From Candidatus Poseidoniaceae archaeon (GTDB lineage Archaea; Thermoplasmatota; Poseidoniia; Poseidoniales; Poseidoniaceae): DNA of 64,000 nt. The notes under the pieces are model-generated. The model had not been told where the DNA came from. It saw nothing but the letters and a program-made list of their open reading frames with translations, and searched no databases. Every line of letters starts with the position of its first letter. The stretch's first letter is position 1. Location: contig JBJLBB010000001.1 of assembly GCA_045568435.1 (NCBI GenBank), positions 357,291 to 421,290 of the forward strand. Reading direction: 5' to 3'. The translations under genes were made by a program, and so were the position numbers. This document shows, piece by piece, positions 59,986-64,000 of this stretch.

Positions 59986-61233
59986 ATGGAACACGACATT
60001 TTCTTCTCCATAAGTCAGACACCAGACTCAAATGGTAAGATTCCAAGTGAATCCCAAATGTTTTCAAATTATTTTGAACAACTTCAGCATGCTGATAAAC
60101 TTGGATTTGGAACCGGGTGGATTGCACAAGCTCACCTATCTACTGAAACTCAAAAATCCAATAGTAAGCCAGTAGTGCCACACTGGCAAGGAGAAGTTGG
60201 TCTTTGTACAGATTTTCCACAATTAGCAATGGAAAGTTTTCGTAAGACAACCAATATCAATATCGGTTCTGCTGTAATTAGTATTTTAGCAAGCGGGGGT
60301 CCGATTGCTCAGGCGGAAAGAATAGCCAATACTGTTCAATTCCTTTCAATGATCGATGACAAGAGGAAACTGAATATTGGATTTAGTGCCGGTCGATTTG
60401 AGTTCATGGCCAGACCTTATGGAATAACTCCTAGAAATCTCTACGAAGAAATGGCCTGGCCAGCATTACGAGGACAAATTTTCATGGAAGCGAGTGAGAT
60501 TTTCCTTAGACTCTTACGAGGAGATACTATCAATAGCGATGATATTCGTAAAACAATTCTTACTCGTGACAACTTCCGCTCGGATGAAGATTGGTTGAAA
60601 GTACAAGTTGCATACTTTGCAGAAACAAAATCAGAGAAAGTACCTGAAAGTATCACTATCCCAAATCGGTATAATTTCGAAGATATATCGATAGTACCTA
60701 AAGAATGGAATCGTGAACAATTGGAATTAGTCGCTGGGACACATGACCCTCGGGCACAGGAATTTGTCAATCAATTCTTGCCAGTCAAAGTGTTTAACCT
60801 ATCGATAACTTCACCCGAAGTGATTGATGATACCCATCAAAGGATGTCTCAGTACTTCCATGAAAGTGGTGGAGAGTGGCAACGTAGAGATATGCCAAGA
60901 ACAAGTTTCGTATTCATTAATGATGAAGAAGAATTGACTTCTTCACAACAAAGTGAAGCAGCAAAAGTAGAAGCATCAAGTGCTTTAGAGGCATATTGGA
61001 ATGCTTTGGAAGGCACAATTGACCCAGGTAAAGTTGCTCGTGCAACAAATAATGCATTGATTGGAAATGTTGAGGAAGTAGCAAATCAAATGGTAGAGCG
61101 ATTCCATCCCGAAGACAGAATCATGGCTTGGTTTGATTTCTTCAATCATGATTCTCAAAGAGTTTGTCGAAATATGGCTGCTTACATGAATAAAGTCGTA
61201 CCATTGGTAGAAAAAATATTGGAGGGGAAATAA
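59986..61233 (+). CDS. Luciferase-like monooxygenase (LLM) family flavin-dependent oxidoreductase
   Basis: N-terminal FFSISQTP, LGFGTGWIAQAH and GSAVISILASGGPIAQAERIA TIM-barrel LLM pattern. Confidence 0.55.
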   Translation: MEHDIFFSISQTPDSNGKIPSESQMFSNYFEQLQHADKLGFGTGWIAQAHLSTETQKSNSKPVVPHWQGEVGLCTDFPQLAMESFRKTTNINIGSAVISILASGGPIAQAERIANTVQFLSMIDDKRKLNIGFSAGRFEFMARPYGITPRNLYEEMAWPALRGQIFMEASEIFLRLLRGDTINSDDIRKTILTRDNFRSDEDWLKVQVAYFAETKSEKVPESITIPNRYNFEDISIVPKEWNREQLELVAGTHDPRAQEFVNQFLPVKVFNLSITSPEVIDDTHQRMSQYFHESGGEWQRRDMPRTSFVFINDEEELTSSQQSEAAKVEASSALEAYWNALEGTIDPGKVARATNNALIGNVEEVANQMVERFHPEDRIMAWFDFFNHDSQRVCRNMAAYMNKVVPLVEKILEGK

Positions 61234-62345
61234 TGTCAGATGACCGGATTCCTTCAGCAGTTGTCGATGGTAAACCCGGAAGTTCGATGTATCCAAATTC
61301 CTCTTTAGGTGAAAATATCGAAGGTATTCCAACTGGTCGTGAAGTGGCTTGGGAACCATTGGTTGATTATCGTAGAAATGGAGTTTCAGAAACCACTATT
61401 CATGGTGCTGTAGCTTGGTCACACGGCGATGAAGTGATTCATTCCTTTGGTGGAAATGTATTATGTTATGGCCGTTCTATGATGAAACCATTTATGCTCA
61501 AAGCTTTCACTAAGGAATTAGAAGATACCTCTTGGGAACAAAAAGCAATTTCTGTTGCTTCCCATAATGGTGACACTGAACACGTGGCTGCTGCACAATC
61601 ACTACTTTCTGAACCAGAATGGCCTTTGATGCTTACTCCCTTGGATGTACCTTTGATTCAATTTGGGCGTCAGGTTAGAAGACCAAGAAGATGGTTTCAC
61701 ACCTGCTCGGGAGAACATGCTGCAATCCTACATGGCTGCCGTAAGAAAGGCTGGAATAGGGCAGGATATACTCTCCCAACTCATGAAGTGTTCAAAGCAT
61801 ATATGCGACAAATAAGAACATATTTGGGAGAGGATTGGACGCCGTTGAGAATCGCAAAAGATGGTTGTGGGCTTCCTACTGTATCCAATACAGTAGCAGA
61901 ACTCGCGCAAATATATGCTGGTCTTGTTCGTGACAAAGATGATGATTGGATTTGGGAATCGATGATTAGAAATCCAGACCTCGTCGGCGGGTTTAATCGA
62001 CTCGACTCAACCGTTTTGAAAGCCGGAGAAGGTAAAGTAATCGCCAAGGAAGGAGCGGATGGTCTACTCGGTTTAGCGATTGAACACCCTGATTATCCCA
62101 AAGGCCTAGGAATCGTTGTAAAAATTGCTCATGGTTGGAATTCACAAGCCACTTGGTATATTGCAAGAGCAGTTCTTGGAGTATTGGGGATAAAATTACG
62201 AAATCCATATCCATTACACCGTCAAAAAGCCTTCATCGTTCCAGGAATTGTTCCTGAAAAGTATCTAGAAAAACTTCAGAGTATCGATACATGGGATGAA
62301 TGGGATCCAGATACAGACCGTTGGTCATTTGATATCGAGGCTTGA
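61233..62345 (+). CDS. Asparaginase-II family protein (PF06089-like)
   Basis: GRSMMKPFM, SHNGDTEHV, CSGEHAAILHGC, KDGCGLP, KEGADGLLG correspond to the conserved blocks of the R. etli-type asparaginase II family. Confidence 0.55.
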   Translation: MSDDRIPSAVVDGKPGSSMYPNSSLGENIEGIPTGREVAWEPLVDYRRNGVSETTIHGAVAWSHGDEVIHSFGGNVLCYGRSMMKPFMLKAFTKELEDTSWEQKAISVASHNGDTEHVAAAQSLLSEPEWPLMLTPLDVPLIQFGRQVRRPRRWFHTCSGEHAAILHGCRKKGWNRAGYTLPTHEVFKAYMRQIRTYLGEDWTPLRIAKDGCGLPTVSNTVAELAQIYAGLVRDKDDDWIWESMIRNPDLVGGFNRLDSTVLKAGEGKVIAKEGADGLLGLAIEHPDYPKGLGIVVKIAHGWNSQATWYIARAVLGVLGIKLRNPYPLHRQKAFIVPGIVPEKYLEKLQSIDTWDEWDPDTDRWSFDIEA

Positions 62346-63793
62346 AAATGGATGAAATCAAGAATTTCATCGATGGAGAATTCCTATTATCGACTAGTGG
62401 TCAATATATTGATGACATAAACCCAGCAACCGGGGAATTAATCGGGAAGATAACAAATTCTAATGCCCAAGATGTTCAAAATGCTGTAGATGCAGCCAGT
62501 AGTGCTTTACAATCATGGAGTTCTTTGACAATTAAAGAAAGGATTACTTGGCTTGACAAAATTGCTGATGCATTAGAATCGAAAAAAGAATTAATTGCTC
62601 AAACAGAAAGTAGAGATACAGGAAAACCTATCTCTTTGGCAAGAAGAGTTGATGCAAATCGTTCAATCACTAACTTTCGTTTCTTTGCCGAATTTACAGC
62701 AAAGCAAAACGATATGCAATTCGATATGGATGATGCAATAAATTATGTCCATAGAAAGCCAGTTGGGATAGTAGGTCTTATCACCCCATGGAACTTGCCA
62801 TTGTATCTTTTAACTTGGAAAATTGCTCCAGCATTGGTTATGGGTAATACAATAATTGCTAAACCTAGTGAACTTACACCACTAACCGCTAATCTATTTG
62901 CTAGCACGCTACAAGAAATCGGATTTCCAAAAGGTGTATTCAATATCGTTCATGGTCTAGGCCCTAATGCTGGCCAACCTATTCTGGAACATCCTAAAAT
63001 CAAGGCTATATCATTTACTGGTGGAACTCAAACTGGGCGAATAGTAGCAAAAACCGCTGCACCATTATTCAAGAAATTATCACTCGAGTTAGGTGGTAAA
63101 AATGCAACTATTATTCTTGATGATGCTGACTTAAATGCTGCAGCCAAAGGGGCTGCAAAGGCTGGTTTTACTAATTCAGGACAGGTTTGCTTGTGCGGTT
63201 CTAGAATTTTAGTAGACGCCTCTGTAGCAACTGAGTTTACTGAATTATTACTCAATGAAGTTCGTGCAATGAAGCAGGGCGACCCTCAAAATGAAGATAC
63301 TGAAATCGGTTCGGTTATTTCCATACAGCACCTCGAGAAAGTGGAATCATATGTTGAACTAGCAAAACAAGAAGGTGGCACTATTCTTACTGGTGGAAAA
63401 AGGCCTTCCCTCTCTAGCAGTAATAATTCGAATGGTGCTTTCCTTGAGCCTACTGTAATAGGTGGCCTAGATATCAATTCAAGAACTGCAACCGAGGAAA
63501 TTTTTGGGCCGGTTGTGACATTACATACATTTGAAAACCAAGACCAAGCCATAGAAATGGCAAATTCAACCGAATACGGATTGGCCGGGTCTGTATGGAC
63601 TAGAAATCTAGAACGTGGACGAGAATTTTCTCAACAAATAGAAACTGGAATAATGTGGGTTAACACTTGGCTACATAGGGATTTGAGAACTCCATTTGGT
63701 GGAGTGAAAAATTCAGGAGTTGGTAGAGAAGGTGGTCAGTGGTCACTTTCATTCTTTTCCGAAATGACCAACATCTGTGTAAAACAAGATTGA
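62342..63793 (+). CDS. NAD(P)-dependent aldehyde dehydrogenase
   Basis: FTGGTQTGR, LELGGKNA (catalytic Glu), GQVCLCGSR (catalytic Cys), EEIFGPV. Confidence 0.9.
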   Translation: MKMDEIKNFIDGEFLLSTSGQYIDDINPATGELIGKITNSNAQDVQNAVDAASSALQSWSSLTIKERITWLDKIADALESKKELIAQTESRDTGKPISLARRVDANRSITNFRFFAEFTAKQNDMQFDMDDAINYVHRKPVGIVGLITPWNLPLYLLTWKIAPALVMGNTIIAKPSELTPLTANLFASTLQEIGFPKGVFNIVHGLGPNAGQPILEHPKIKAISFTGGTQTGRIVAKTAAPLFKKLSLELGGKNATIILDDADLNAAAKGAAKAGFTNSGQVCLCGSRILVDASVATEFTELLLNEVRAMKQGDPQNEDTEIGSVISIQHLEKVESYVELAKQEGGTILTGGKRPSLSSSNNSNGAFLEPTVIGGLDINSRTATEEIFGPVVTLHTFENQDQAIEMANSTEYGLAGSVWTRNLERGREFSQQIETGIMWVNTWLHRDLRTPFGGVKNSGVGREGGQWSLSFFSEMTNICVKQD

Positions 63794-63818
63794 ACACAAC
63801 TTGAAAAGCATTACAGAT

Positions 63819-64000
63819 AATCAGTAAACATGTCGGCCGGTGCAACCCTACCCCTTTTCGTATTACCTATGGTTCTTTTACCAGGTGAAATACAACAATT
63901 ACGTATTTTTGAACCAAGATATCGACAAATGTTAGATGACTGTCTGCTGGATGGAAAGTCATTTGGTTTGGTATGTGATGATAATGAGGAGACTTTCAAT
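63819..64000 (+). CDS. LON N-terminal (substrate-binding) domain protein; the C-terminus runs off the window edge
   Basis: Hand translation MSAGATLPLFVLPMVLLPGEIQQLRIFEPRYRQMLDDCLLDGKSFGLV matches the Lon N-domain start PLFPL..VLFPG....L.IFEPRY. The antisense ORF 63811..63999 is judged spurious. Confidence 0.55.

Overview
This 64 kb window looks like a low-GC (about 40%) archaeal chromosome segment. Archaeal and eukaryal-type genes are present throughout: a TFIIB-like transcription factor B (TFB), ribosomal protein L40e, membrane-bound LonB protease, an archaeosine tRNA-guanine transglycosylase, an archaeal-type AspRS, a Drg-family GTPase, and a PGF-CTERM sorting signal. Many genes look bacterial-like (sufCBDSE-sufT operon, bacterial-type metK, a GH1 glycosidase), and several are very large surface proteins. 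By inference only, this fits a planktonic euryarchaeote of the Marine Group II (Poseidoniales) kind. About 60 protein genes are called, plus one tRNA-Ala(UGC) and one unannotated L40e gene that the ORF track misses. No transposases, integrases or CRISPR arrays were seen. The most unusual things are: (i) a roughly 700-nt GC-rich, ORF-free island at 32.0-32.75 kb whose minus strand is hairpin-rich and ends in a UUCG-tetraloop hairpin plus U-tract, suggesting a large structured ncRNA of unknown identity; (ii) a GPI-ethanolamine-phosphate-transferase-like (PigN-like) membrane enzyme next to a PssA-like CDP-alcohol phosphatidyltransferase and a PGF-CTERM protein, which suggests a surface-protein lipid-anchoring module; (iii) a lipoprotein that combines a collagen-like Gly-X-Y tract with 13 near-identical 30-bp units encoding pentapeptide repeats; (iv) giant surface proteins with a (NGT)x10 sequon array, an SGNH-like domain, and transmembrane-plus-cytoplasmic tails; (v) at least five single-nucleotide frameshifts in otherwise conserved genes, including the essential purA, which may be sequencing or assembly indels.
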